Source: a virus
Lineage: Duplodnaviria; Heunggongvirae; Uroviricota; Caudoviricetes
Direction: 5' to 3' (one strand)
Virus record (IMG/VR): IMGVR_UViG_3300028886_000034
Coordinates: 220,120 to 284,119 of that record
DNA: 64,000 nucleotides
Shown in pieces: positions 18,560 through 27,970 of the stretch; within the stretch, counting starts at the first letter, position 1; each line of letters opens with the position of its first letter. A program made the position numbers and the translations under genes. The notes below the pieces were generated by a model that was not told the origin of the DNA, made no database searches, and worked only from the letters and a program-made list of their open reading frames with translations.

Positions 18560-21388
18560 ATAGCTTTAATACCAAAATATAAAAAAGACAAGTCTTCTTG
18601 GAAACATCTTTTATCAGAAGCATATTTAGAAAAAGTTTTAACAGATGAAGATGTTATAAAAGAAGCAGAAGATCCAGGTACTGGTAGAAGTAATTATACT
18701 TATACTAATGGAGACTTGGATAATAAAGTAGTGATAACCAATGATTCAGGATTAGTAGATTATTCTTTAATAGATATGACAGTTCAGGGTGGAGAAGGTT
18801 ATGATAATTTATTAGTATCTACTAATGAGAATGGTTTAATAGACTATTCATTAATAGATATGACAACAGGAAAAGCGGCTAATAAATTAGTTAAGACATT
18901 AAGCTCAGGATTAATTAACATTAATCTTTTACCTGCTTCAACTACAGGAGCAGTTAATACTATACCTAAAACAACTTCATCTAGTTCAGTATTAAGTAAT
19001 ACTTGGTTAGACAAAACAGACGGTACTGATAATAATTTAGATAAAAATAAAGTAGTTGTAACTGATTCTAATAAACAGATTAATAATAACTTATTGAATG
19101 CTACAGATGGTTCGTCTACTACTTTAGCCAATAATAAAGATAAAGTTGTTAAAACTAATTCGGAAGGCAAAATTAGTTATAACTTAATTAAAAATACTTC
19201 TGCTGGTGGCAGTAGTAATGCTAATACTTTAGTTAAATTAGATGCTAATGGGCTATTAGATTCAAGTTTATTTAGATCAAATCAGTTTTTACCATTAACT
19301 GGTGGTATTACTACTGGTAATATCATCATTAATGGTGCTTCACCAGCATCTTCTACTGTATCTTCAATAAATAGTACTACAGCGACTTTTACTGGCATAG
19401 ATAACTTAAAAGCATCAATGCCATATTTTACTGGTATTAGTGGTAATAGTTATTCAGATGGATTCCTTTTAGGAATGAATGGAAGCAGTAATACCAATAA
19501 TTATTTGATGTTAGCTACTTATGATGAAGGTACTGAGCCTATCTATGTCAGGCAGTATATTGGTAATCCAGGTTATACCGGTTTAACTCAAAAAAATTCT
19601 ATTACTTTAATGGATAAAGATGGATATACTTCGGTAAATAGATTAACCGTTACAAGCGACATTGTTAGCTCTAATGGAGGTTTGCGTGTTGCAAATGATA
19701 TAACTTCAACTGCAGGCAACTTATCTATTAATGGCTCATCACACTTAAATGGGCCTGTTAGAATTGAAGATGATTTAGTTGTAGCTAAAAATTTAGATCT
19801 AGTAGACGGTAATATTATAATTAATTCTAATACATCATATCCATCAGATCCAGTCAATCAAACAAAACTTGCAGAAGAATTACCTAACTTTTCAGGGTTT
19901 AGTAGCTGCGCGTATACTGATGGATGCTTAATTGGGATGAATTTAGATGAAAACGCTGTTGAAGATACCGATACATATCTTTTAATTGCTACTTACGATA
20001 ATGGTAATGAGCCGATTATATTCAGACAATATCAATCGTGGAATAAAACTGGCGATTCTAAACAACATTTTAATAGCGGCAATATCCAACATGAACTAAC
20101 ATTAATGGATAAAGCTGGAAATACAACATTAAATGGTTTAACTGTTTCAGGTATCACTACGTTAAATGATAGGCTAATTGCTAATAAGGGTATAAACATC
20201 CCAGTTACTGGAGATAAGATAGGAAATTCTTCTAATGATGCAAATGCTCCATTAATTATTGGAAGTCAATCCGGCCTCCACTTATCATTTGATGAAAATG
20301 AAATTAGTGCCAGATCTAATGGTACTGGTGGTTCTAGCTCCCTAAATCTTAATCCAGATGGTGGATCCGTTGTTATAGGGAGCAATCAAGCAGCAACTAA
20401 TAATGCGCCATTTACAGTATTTGGTGAAATTACTGCTAATAATGGTTTAGTTGTTAATAATTCTCCAATAACAATTACTACAGGACAAACTGCTGAGTTA
20501 ACTAGTGGTAAAGTTATCACACAGATTGAAGGATATTCCGGAGGCAATGATTGCTGGAGAATTGGATCTGGAACTGTTCCTTATACCACATCTGGTTCAG
20601 ATACGGGATATGGGTTCGTTGAACTTGCCGTTTCTGACGATGGCGCAGAAGACATCTATGTAAGGCAATATGGCGGTGGGCAAGTTAAAAATTGGGATTC
20701 CGCTACTATCAAAAATACTTTAACACTTCTTGACCGCTCCGGTAATACGGGGATACCACACAACTTAACGGTTGGGGGAACGTTAACTGTAAGTAGTACT
20801 GGCAATTCTTCTTTTGCTGGAAAAGTTACTACTGGTTCTTTTAAGACTGGTGCTATTGAAAGTTCAAGTATTACTAATACTGGTGCATTAGTTAACAATG
20901 GTTCAGTTTCTGTGGGTGGAGCATTAACTGTTAACAATAACATTACCGCTAATAATAAAACTGTAACAGCTGGAAATTTTAATGGTAAATGGTCTGGGTT
21001 TACACAGCAAATAAGCACGAAACCGCCAATAGCTAACGATACTTGGATTCTACTTAATAATAATTCTAATATTCAGCACACCACTGTAGGAGATATCGCT
21101 AACGTTATAAAAGATACCGTTGGAGTTTCCGATTCCGGCACATATTATACAAAACTCAGTAACGGTTTAAAAATACAATGGGGATCCGGGATTGAGAAAG
21201 GATCTGACCAAATAATTTCCTTCCCTATCGCATTTCTCAATACGAACTATCAAGTAGTAATTTCTGCTACTGCATCATATGGTGGCGCAGACCCGACATA
21301 TGTTAAATCGAAAACAACTACTGGGTTTTACGCAAGTAACGATTATTGGGACAATATGCGCATCTATTGGATTGCAGTTGGGTATTAG
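18560..21388 (+). CDS. tail fibre protein; probable AUA start 52 codons upstream of the tracked ORF
   Basis: AAGGAGGTGA then in-frame ATA GCT TTA; three ATYDxGxEPIxxRQY..LTLMDxxG repeats; C-terminal KIQWG..FPIAF..YWIAVGY domain. Confidence 0.8.
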   Translation: MALIPKYKKDKSSWKHLLSEAYLEKVLTDEDVIKEAEDPGTGRSNYTYTNGDLDNKVVITNDSGLVDYSLIDMTVQGGEGYDNLLVSTNENGLIDYSLIDMTTGKAANKLVKTLSSGLININLLPASTTGAVNTIPKTTSSSSVLSNTWLDKTDGTDNNLDKNKVVVTDSNKQINNNLLNATDGSSTTLANNKDKVVKTNSEGKISYNLIKNTSAGGSSNANTLVKLDANGLLDSSLFRSNQFLPLTGGITTGNIIINGASPASSTVSSINSTTATFTGIDNLKASMPYFTGISGNSYSDGFLLGMNGSSNTNNYLMLATYDEGTEPIYVRQYIGNPGYTGLTQKNSITLMDKDGYTSVNRLTVTSDIVSSNGGLRVANDITSTAGNLSINGSSHLNGPVRIEDDLVVAKNLDLVDGNIIINSNTSYPSDPVNQTKLAEELPNFSGFSSCAYTDGCLIGMNLDENAVEDTDTYLLIATYDNGNEPIIFRQYQSWNKTGDSKQHFNSGNIQHELTLMDKAGNTTLNGLTVSGITTLNDRLIANKGINIPVTGDKIGNSSNDANAPLIIGSQSGLHLSFDENEISARSNGTGGSSSLNLNPDGGSVVIGSNQAATNNAPFTVFGEITANNGLVVNNSPITITTGQTAELTSGKVITQIEGYSGGNDCWRIGSGTVPYTTSGSDTGYGFVELAVSDDGAEDIYVRQYGGGQVKNWDSATIKNTLTLLDRSGNTGIPHNLTVGGTLTVSSTGNSSFAGKVTTGSFKTGAIESSSITNTGALVNNGSVSVGGALTVNNNITANNKTVTAGNFNGKWSGFTQQISTKPPIANDTWILLNNNSNIQHTTVGDIANVIKDTVGVSDSGTYYTKLSNGLKIQWGSGIEKGSDQIISFPIAFLNTNYQVVISATASYGGADPTYVKSKTTTGFYASNDYWDNMRIYWIAVGY

Positions 21389-21403
21389 GTTTGGTGATAA
21401 CAA

Positions 21404-22162
21404 ATGGCATTAACTATAAATCAAACACATCCTCCAGTAGAACTTTGTTTGGATGAAACATATATTCGAAAGATACTTACTATTGAAAATACAGAAGGAA
21501 CAATTGGAGAAACGCCTTATCAATTAGTTCATACTGATTCACATAGTAAAGTACCTTTAGAGTATTTTAATACTACAAGTTCTAAAAAAGTTATTAGTTC
21601 GAGTGCTACACCATATTTAGTAACATTAACATCACAGAATAATACAGTACAGCCAGATCCATTATTAAAAGGAACATTAGATAGATCTATTTTAGGCACT
21701 TATAATAACTATAAGGGCAGTTTATTAGCAATGACTTTAGAAAATGGTTCAGAGGTATTACCAGCTATGTTACGGTCATCACAAACTGCTATGCAGAATA
21801 GACTAGTTACTACTAAAGAAAATTCTACTAAAATAGATAATAATTGGTTAAATGGTACTGTAGGTACTGGAGCATCATATTCATCTGATGATAATAAAGT
21901 AGTCTTTACTAGAACTAATAATACAATAGACCCAGCATTATTAAATATTCAAAGATTTTCTACAAGAATAACATCAAACATATCTGTCTATACATTAAGT
22001 ACAAGTGATTTTACAATGCCATCTAGTTTACAGAATTTATTTGTATATGAAAATGGATTGTTATTGTCACCAGATTTTGACTATTCAGTATCTAATAATA
22101 CAATTAATTTTACAGAAACAGTTGTATCTGGAACAATACTACAGTTTATAGCAATTGTTTAA
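21404..22162 (+). CDS. short fibre-related structural protein
   Basis: Shares the fibre N-terminal motif (ETYIRKILT) and the VYENGLLL..DFDY...TINF domain. Confidence 0.7.
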   Translation: MALTINQTHPPVELCLDETYIRKILTIENTEGTIGETPYQLVHTDSHSKVPLEYFNTTSSKKVISSSATPYLVTLTSQNNTVQPDPLLKGTLDRSILGTYNNYKGSLLAMTLENGSEVLPAMLRSSQTAMQNRLVTTKENSTKIDNNWLNGTVGTGASYSSDDNKVVFTRTNNTIDPALLNIQRFSTRITSNISVYTLSTSDFTMPSSLQNLFVYENGLLLSPDFDYSVSNNTINFTETVVSGTILQFIAIV

Positions 22163-22222
22163 TAAAATATTTCGAACAAATAATGAAAACTAGAATAGGT
22201 GTAGATAAGGAGGTGATTGAGA

Positions 22223-24157
22223 ATATCATATAGATATGGTGGAGTTAAAAAAGTAACAGAGCATATAGTTGATGCTGAAAATGAAACTTATTATGATAAG
22301 TTTGCAAAAACAACATCAGATCAAGTTATAGTTAATAAGGTTCAAGATACTAGGTTAGATGTAGTTTTAAAAGATTTAGAAACCAGAATTTCTGGAGATT
22401 CAAGTGTACCATCACAGGTAGGGAATTCTGGAAAATTCTTATCAACTAATGGTTCGACATTAGAATGGAGAGTCATAGATGCTTTACCAAGTCAAACTAA
22501 TAATGCAGATAAAGTACTTTCTACAAATGGTTCATCTGCATATTGGGCAGTACCATTAAAACTTACATCTACAATATATCCAGCAGTATCAGATAATAAG
22601 CTTGGTTCCTATGGAGTGAGTTCGGAGGCAGCCAGAGCCGATCATAAGCATCCATTACCAGTTTATTTTATTGAATCTTATATGACTGCTATAGGTGGAG
22701 AAACAGAAATAACTTTAACTGAAGAGCAATACCCTTCAAATAACAGACCTACTGGTTTTCATCTTTATAGAAATGGACTTCTACTTTCTCCTACTACAGA
22801 CTATACATTTGATTCTGTAAATAAGAGAATAACCTTTTCTAAAGCTTGCGCAGCTAAAGAAAACATCATTATAGTATTAGGATATTTATTAGGTGACAGT
22901 AATATTTCAGTAGGTGGAAATAGTATAAATATTTCAGATGTTTTAAATGCTATCTTAGATACAGAAGTAGTTCCTTTAATGGATGGAGAAGCTGCTATAG
23001 GTACTTCAGAAAAAGTAGCTAGAGAAGATCATAAGCATCCATCAGATACTTCTAAAGCTAATATTAATTCACCTTTATTTACTGGAACACCTAGGATTTT
23101 AATTAATCCAACAGTTAATACTAATGACAATTCTATAGCTACAACTAAGTTTGTTAATGATCAAATTAATACTAAGTTATTAAACATTATTCCAGCTCAG
23201 TCAGAATCTACTGCTGGTAAAGTTTTAGCGTCTGATGGAAGCAGAGTATTCTGGAAAACTGATCAAGACAGCCAAGAACTTCCTCAAATAGAATATGCAG
23301 ATATTGGAAAATTCCTTATAGCCAATACAGAAGGATTACCTGAATGGGTAGAATTAAGTCAGGAAATACCAGATTCAACTGAATCTGAAATAGGATCTGT
23401 ATTAACATTAGATAGTAATAAGAATCCTGTTTGGAGTGTAGTTCCAAATGAAATACCTGAGATTAATGATGATACTTCTAATAAGATATTAAGCAATAAT
23501 GGAGCTAATTTAACTTGGGTTAATAATGAGCATATAATATTGTCTAATCTTAATCCAAGAATGAATTCCAATAGAGCATATCCTGGAGTTTTAAATGAGG
23601 CTGCCAGAATAGATCATGAGCATGAACATGACAATACTAAGGCTGATATAGATTCTCCAATATTTACAGGAGATCCTCAATCACCTACCCCATTGACTAG
23701 TAATAATTCAACTTCAATAGCTACTACAGCTTTTGTAAATAATTTAGTTTCTAGAGAGATTTCTAGAGTTGAAACAGCTAATAATAATTATATATTACAG
23801 AACAGCTCAACTCTATTTACTCTTCAGAATATCAACGAGAAATTACAAGACCTGGGAAATCTTGATTCAAATATAGATAATCTTACAATAGATTTTAGTT
23901 TAGGTAATCATGCCTTAGTAATGCTTAATAATGACATTTCATTCAGTTTCACTATTAATAGCATAGCAAATAGTAACTTTAGAAAAGTTAGTTTAACTCT
24001 TTATAATGCAAATCAATATATGATTGAATGGCCTGAAAATGTCCATTGGGATGGCATATATGCTCCTATGATTGAAACTGTAATGACTACTATTGAGTTT
24101 ATTACTTTTAATAATGGCGGAGATTGGTATGGAAAAGTTTGGGGTAACTTTAATTAA
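22223..24157 (+). CDS. tail fibre-like structural protein; probable AUA start
   Basis: PSQ.GNSGKFLSTNG...W repeats, ARxDHxH x3, SPxFTGxP..IATT repeats; ATA 22223 lies 9 nt after GGAGG whereas TTG 22217 is only 3 nt away. Confidence 0.8.
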   Translation: MSYRYGGVKKVTEHIVDAENETYYDKFAKTTSDQVIVNKVQDTRLDVVLKDLETRISGDSSVPSQVGNSGKFLSTNGSTLEWRVIDALPSQTNNADKVLSTNGSSAYWAVPLKLTSTIYPAVSDNKLGSYGVSSEAARADHKHPLPVYFIESYMTAIGGETEITLTEEQYPSNNRPTGFHLYRNGLLLSPTTDYTFDSVNKRITFSKACAAKENIIIVLGYLLGDSNISVGGNSINISDVLNAILDTEVVPLMDGEAAIGTSEKVAREDHKHPSDTSKANINSPLFTGTPRILINPTVNTNDNSIATTKFVNDQINTKLLNIIPAQSESTAGKVLASDGSRVFWKTDQDSQELPQIEYADIGKFLIANTEGLPEWVELSQEIPDSTESEIGSVLTLDSNKNPVWSVVPNEIPEINDDTSNKILSNNGANLTWVNNEHIILSNLNPRMNSNRAYPGVLNEAARIDHEHEHDNTKADIDSPIFTGDPQSPTPLTSNNSTSIATTAFVNNLVSREISRVETANNNYILQNSSTLFTLQNINEKLQDLGNLDSNIDNLTIDFSLGNHALVMLNNDISFSFTINSIANSNFRKVSLTLYNANQYMIEWPENVHWDGIYAPMIETVMTTIEFITFNNGGDWYGKVWGNFN

Positions 24158-24166
24158 TTTACCCTA

Positions 24167-24195
24167 TTGACAAGTATTGTTAACTACATTATAAT
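24167..24195 (+). promoter_or_regulatory. consensus sigma70/SigA promoter
   Basis: TTGACA-17 nt-TATAAT. Confidence 0.8.
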
Positions 24196-24234
24196 CTGTG
24201 TTAGTATACCTAAAAAGAAAGGATCTGATTTAAA

Positions 24235-25104
24235 ATGATCAGAGTTAAAGTTCTTGTTCCAAATATGGATGAACCATATTTTGATGGAAAAGTCAATGAG
24301 AAAGACTATGATGATTTTAATGAATTCTTAGAAGAACTCAAAGACTCTTTTGGAGAGATTGACTGTGAAGCTTCTGTAGTTAAGCCAGAAACTACTGAAG
24401 ATAATGAATCTGATGAAGAATCAGATCCTATTGCAGAACATATCAAAGACCATCCTGTTATTGATAAAAATAATAAAATGGACGAAAATCTCCAGAATTT
24501 CTTCCATAATCTTGATAGTATCAATACTGAAACTGATTCTAAGGACTTCTTAGATAAATTGGATAATATCGATTCTGAAGAAATTCCTCCTGCAGATAAT
24601 GAAGAGGATGAAACTGAAGACACCCCAGAAGAAATGTATTGCTCAGTTAAAGTTAAGATTAGAAAGCGGATTATTTCAGATATCTATTATAGGGAGAATC
24701 CAGAAATTAAAAAGAATGCAGTCGATGGTTCATATCCAATAATTGATGATGTTGATGAAACTATTGAAGTTCCTATTCCTGTTACTGTTATAGAAAAATG
24801 TACTCTATACAACATTGCTCAGTTCATTAAGCAGAATACTATCTTTATTCTTATGGATCCAGAATATTGTGATGTAGATGATGAGAATTTAGATAAAGTA
24901 TTCTGTACTGATGATTTTGATGACTCATATTGTTATGATACTGGAGTTATTGGGATATTCTTTACAGATATACAGTTCCCCTGTAATGATTGTATGTCCA
25001 ATTCTACTACTGAAACTATTTATAGAACACTCTGTAATGGAGAAATTGATTACAGAGAAATGGAAAGAATTTATACTAAACTTAGATTATTTAATAACGA
25101 CTAA
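24235..25104 (+). CDS. very acidic hypothetical protein
   Basis: 289 aa, Asp/Glu-rich, AAAGGA SD, own promoter and terminator. Confidence 0.8.
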   Translation: MIRVKVLVPNMDEPYFDGKVNEKDYDDFNEFLEELKDSFGEIDCEASVVKPETTEDNESDEESDPIAEHIKDHPVIDKNNKMDENLQNFFHNLDSINTETDSKDFLDKLDNIDSEEIPPADNEEDETEDTPEEMYCSVKVKIRKRIISDIYYRENPEIKKNAVDGSYPIIDDVDETIEVPIPVTVIEKCTLYNIAQFIKQNTIFILMDPEYCDVDDENLDKVFCTDDFDDSYCYDTGVIGIFFTDIQFPCNDCMSNSTTETIYRTLCNGEIDYREMERIYTKLRLFNND

Positions 25105-25107
25105 CCC

Positions 25108-25147
25108 AAAAGAAAACCCCGCACACCTGCTGTAGTGTACGGGGTTT
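25108..25147. terminator. terminator between convergent genes
   Basis: AAACCCCGCACAC / GTGTACGGGGTTT hairpin with A-tract on the left. Confidence 0.7.
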
Positions 25148-25150
25148 CCC

Positions 25151-25888
25151 TTACAAGGATTTCACCTCCTTTTTAAAGTCTTTCATAAGCTTCTGAAAGA
25201 CTGCATTAGCCGCGTTGTAGTACGCAGCCTGAGCAGCCTCAGAAGCTGAAAGACTCCTGTACCTCCGGGTGGCTTCCCGGAGAGTCCGTTTCCCGCCTCT
25301 TCTGGGGTACCGGTATTTGTGGAATACCAGTACCCCACCCAACACCGATTTGTTGATATCGGATGCCAGGTCCAACTTGGAAATGCCTGCGGGATTCAGG
25401 ACATCTCCGTGGTAGCGCACGATTACCTGTAGAAGCCCACGTGCGCTACTGTTCGTGGACTTCCCAGGGCGGGCTCCCAGTCTGAAGCTGCTTTCGGTCT
25501 GCATCATTCCGCAGAGCCAAAAGGCCTCTTCCTGGGACTTGGAATATTCCACCAAGGCCTCAGCAATGGCATCGATGTAGTCTTTCCTTGTCATGCCCAG
25601 AGCTCCTTCAAAGGAGCTGAGCATGAACCCGTTGATGTGGCTCGCAATCACCCGAACTGCGGCCACATCACGCGCAGATTCGGGAGTCCCCTCAATCTTT
25701 TTCTTCTCTTTGGGGGCAGTGAGGGGACGCTGCTCCCGACGTTCCTCAAGAAGACGGTTAATTTCAACCATCTCCTTAGGGAGTTCTTGGGGCTTTATTC
25801 TCCCCCACAGAACCCCCATGAGGATCAAAGTGGCCGCACATGCGACCACGCCGAGGGTGTTCAGCACCCTAAATAGTTTCTTCTCCAT
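25151..25888 (-). CDS. lytic transglycosylase (SLT domain) with N-terminal transmembrane helix
   Basis: MMQTESSFR..A......ARGLLQV SLT motifs; hydrophobic LGVVACAATLILMGVLW; AAAGGA SD before ATG 25888. Confidence 0.8.
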   Translation of the reverse strand: MEKKLFRVLNTLGVVACAATLILMGVLWGRIKPQELPKEMVEINRLLEERREQRPLTAPKEKKKIEGTPESARDVAAVRVIASHINGFMLSSFEGALGMTRKDYIDAIAEALVEYSKSQEEAFWLCGMMQTESSFRLGARPGKSTNSSARGLLQVIVRYHGDVLNPAGISKLDLASDINKSVLGGVLVFHKYRYPRRGGKRTLREATRRYRSLSASEAAQAAYYNAANAVFQKLMKDFKKEVKSL

Positions 25889-25931
25889 ACTATCACATCC
25901 TTTCTGGAGAAGACAATAAGTTATTACAGTA

Positions 25932-25944
25932 ATATACATACAAC
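25932..25944 (-). promoter_or_regulatory. candidate phage promoter motif GTTGTATGTATAT
   Basis: Copy of the recurrent motif about 44 nt upstream of the SLT start. Confidence 0.45.
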
Positions 25945-25974
25945 TAAATTTTAATAAAATGGAGTGATTTATTT

Positions 25975-26406
25975 ATGGACAATAATGAAACTGTTACTGC
26001 CGGTCGTAAAGCCCTTGACGAGTGCAAGGTGGCTTATGCAGATATGACTGCTACCGAGGTTGAACTCGGTTTTGGTGATTGCCACGCTGACTGGAGAGCT
26101 CCTTTAGCTCAGGTTAAGATTTATAATGAGGCTATGGAGAAGGAAGCTGCTGATACAGAGACTGAGATTAAAACTTATGTCGAGTATGGCGCTGAGGGTG
26201 AGACGCTTACTGGTGCTGGCGCTGCTGAGAAGGCTAAGGAGTATCATGAAGCTACAGAAGGGAAGAAGAAGCTTCTTTGGAAGTACTATCCTGAAGTTTT
26301 AGAGAAAAAGTATCCTGAGGATGCTGCTGCTTTCAAGGCTGCTGAGGAAGCTGCTAAAGATGCTGAAGCAGGTGCTGGCGCTTCAACCGGCAAGACCGGC
26401 GACTAA
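25975..26406 (+). CDS. probable abundant virion protein
   Basis: Ala/Glu/Lys-rich, strong GCT/AAG/GAG codon bias; ADMTAxExxLGFG motif. Confidence 0.7.
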   Translation: MDNNETVTAGRKALDECKVAYADMTATEVELGFGDCHADWRAPLAQVKIYNEAMEKEAADTETEIKTYVEYGAEGETLTGAGAAEKAKEYHEATEGKKKLLWKYYPEVLEKKYPEDAAAFKAAEEAAKDAEAGAGASTGKTGD

Positions 26407-26431
26407 TACTTAAAAAGGTATTTTAATTAAA

Positions 26432-27046
26432 ATGTCTGCTGAAAAAACAGTTGGTCAGCTCTATTTAGAGGAGCTTGCAAATCAATTTGCAGATATGACT
26501 GCTCAAGAGGCAGACTTAGGTTTTGGAGGTAAGTATTCAGATTTCAGAGAACCTTTAGCCCAGGTAGCAATTTATAGGAAGGCTGAAGCTGAGGCTGAGA
26601 AGACATATGATGGTAAAACACCAGATGAAATTAAAGCAAAAGCTGAATTACTTCACAAGAAAACACCCGGTAAACTTCGTAAAGAAGGAAAGGAAATTCC
26701 TCCTGAAGCTGAAGATACTATCTCCAAATCTGCTATAGAAGAAAAAGGACTTACTACTGTTATAGATGAAACTCCATCTGGTTCTACAGTTAATTTGCCT
26801 GAAATGACAATTACTGAAGATACTATTCTTAAAGATGGAGTTAAATTAGAAGGAGTTAAGACCACTGCAACAGAAGAACCTAGACCAGGTGAAACTGTTA
26901 TAGAAGGAGCTTTATTGACTGAGGCAAATGCTAAAGTTGATATTTCTGGTTTAACTTTAACTAATAATGCTTTAACTGAACTTAAAGATGTTTCAGATGC
27001 ATCAATTAATAACAGCAGAATCCTTAATCTTCAATCTGCAAATTAA
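26432..27046 (+). CDS. probable virion protein, N-terminal paralog of 25975..26406
   Basis: ADMTAQEADLGFGG..DFREPLAQVAIY; C-terminus looks like the start of a beta-helix. Confidence 0.7.
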   Translation: MSAEKTVGQLYLEELANQFADMTAQEADLGFGGKYSDFREPLAQVAIYRKAEAEAEKTYDGKTPDEIKAKAELLHKKTPGKLRKEGKEIPPEAEDTISKSAIEEKGLTTVIDETPSGSTVNLPEMTITEDTILKDGVKLEGVKTTATEEPRPGETVIEGALLTEANAKVDISGLTLTNNALTELKDVSDASINNSRILNLQSAN

Positions 27047-27082
27047 CTAAACTTCTAAATAATAAGGAGTTGAGATAAATCT

Positions 27083-27853
27083 ATGGCAAATAAGATGGGT
27101 TTTATGCCCAATAGATGGGATTTACCTACTAAGGTTGTTTTTGATAACAATTACTTTGGAGATAACCCCGGTATTTATAATCTTTTTGAACTTAACTGCG
27201 CTGTTAAGAAGGGTTCGAGTTTTTCAGGCAATACTTTTACCAAAGGTTCTGCTTCGCATAACTTTATAAACTTATATCAGCTTGATGATGATGCGGTCAT
27301 CAATATTGATAATAACAGCTTTGATTGTGGCCCAGATACCAATCCTATCAGAATTGCAGCTAAGGACATCATTGACCCTGTTACTGGTGAGCGTCGTGGC
27401 CCAAAGGGCGTTGTTGTTAATATTAGAAATAACACCTATTCCGGTGATATTCAGTATCCTGATTGGGCTGGTATTCTTTTCTTCCAGCCTTATGGCAAGA
27501 GCACTTCTGACTTTAGTGGTATTACTGTTAATATTTCTAATACTACTACCATCAACACCGCTGAAGGTGCTAATGGCGCTGAAATTAGCCAGTTACTCTA
27601 CTACTATGCTGGACCCAAAGATGCTCAGTTACTTGACGCTGAAGGTACGAAGATGCCTCACGTCTTTATTGATGGCGTTGAAATAGAGGACTTTAAGAGT
27701 TTTGTCGAGGCGAGTACTTTAGCCAGAGAACTTCCTGAACCTGAACCGGAGCCAGAGCCTGAGCCCGATCCTGAACCTGTTGTGGTGAATCCAGATACTG
27801 AGACTACAACTGGTGAAACTACTACAGATCCAGAAGTTACGCCTCTTAGCTAA
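27083..27853 (+). CDS. beta-helix-like protein with (EP)n and Thr-rich tail
   Basis: FDNNYF, FSGNTF, IDNNSF, IRNNTY, ISNTT periodic motifs; PEPEPEPEPEPDPEP. Confidence 0.65.
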   Translation: MANKMGFMPNRWDLPTKVVFDNNYFGDNPGIYNLFELNCAVKKGSSFSGNTFTKGSASHNFINLYQLDDDAVINIDNNSFDCGPDTNPIRIAAKDIIDPVTGERRGPKGVVVNIRNNTYSGDIQYPDWAGILFFQPYGKSTSDFSGITVNISNTTTINTAEGANGAEISQLLYYYAGPKDAQLLDAEGTKMPHVFIDGVEIEDFKSFVEASTLARELPEPEPEPEPEPDPEPVVVNPDTETTTGETTTDPEVTPLS

Positions 27854-27882
27854 TCAATTTTAATTAAATAACTAAAAAATAT

Positions 27883-27919
27883 GAACTACAGGAGGAATTC
27901 CCTCTTGTAGTTCTTTTTT
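27883..27919 (+). terminator. intrinsic terminator, overlapping a TTGTAG-17-TATACT promoter (27905-27933)
   Basis: GAACTACAGGAG / CTCTTGTAGTTC hairpin followed by TTTTTT. Confidence 0.75.
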
Positions 27920-27970
27920 ATTTATGCTATACTTAATTATAAAATTATTAGAAAGGGGAGGTGTGTTTCT

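Noticed and set aside
8377-24157. Diversity-generating retroelement or invertible tail-fibre shufflon
   Set aside because: No reverse transcriptase or recombinase here, no near-identical TR/VR pair differing at adenines and no inverted fibre-tip cassettes seen; repeats are diverged protein-level modules.
27735-27780. Tandem DNA repeat
   Set aside because: Explained by the encoded (Glu-Pro)n linker with varied synonymous codons.
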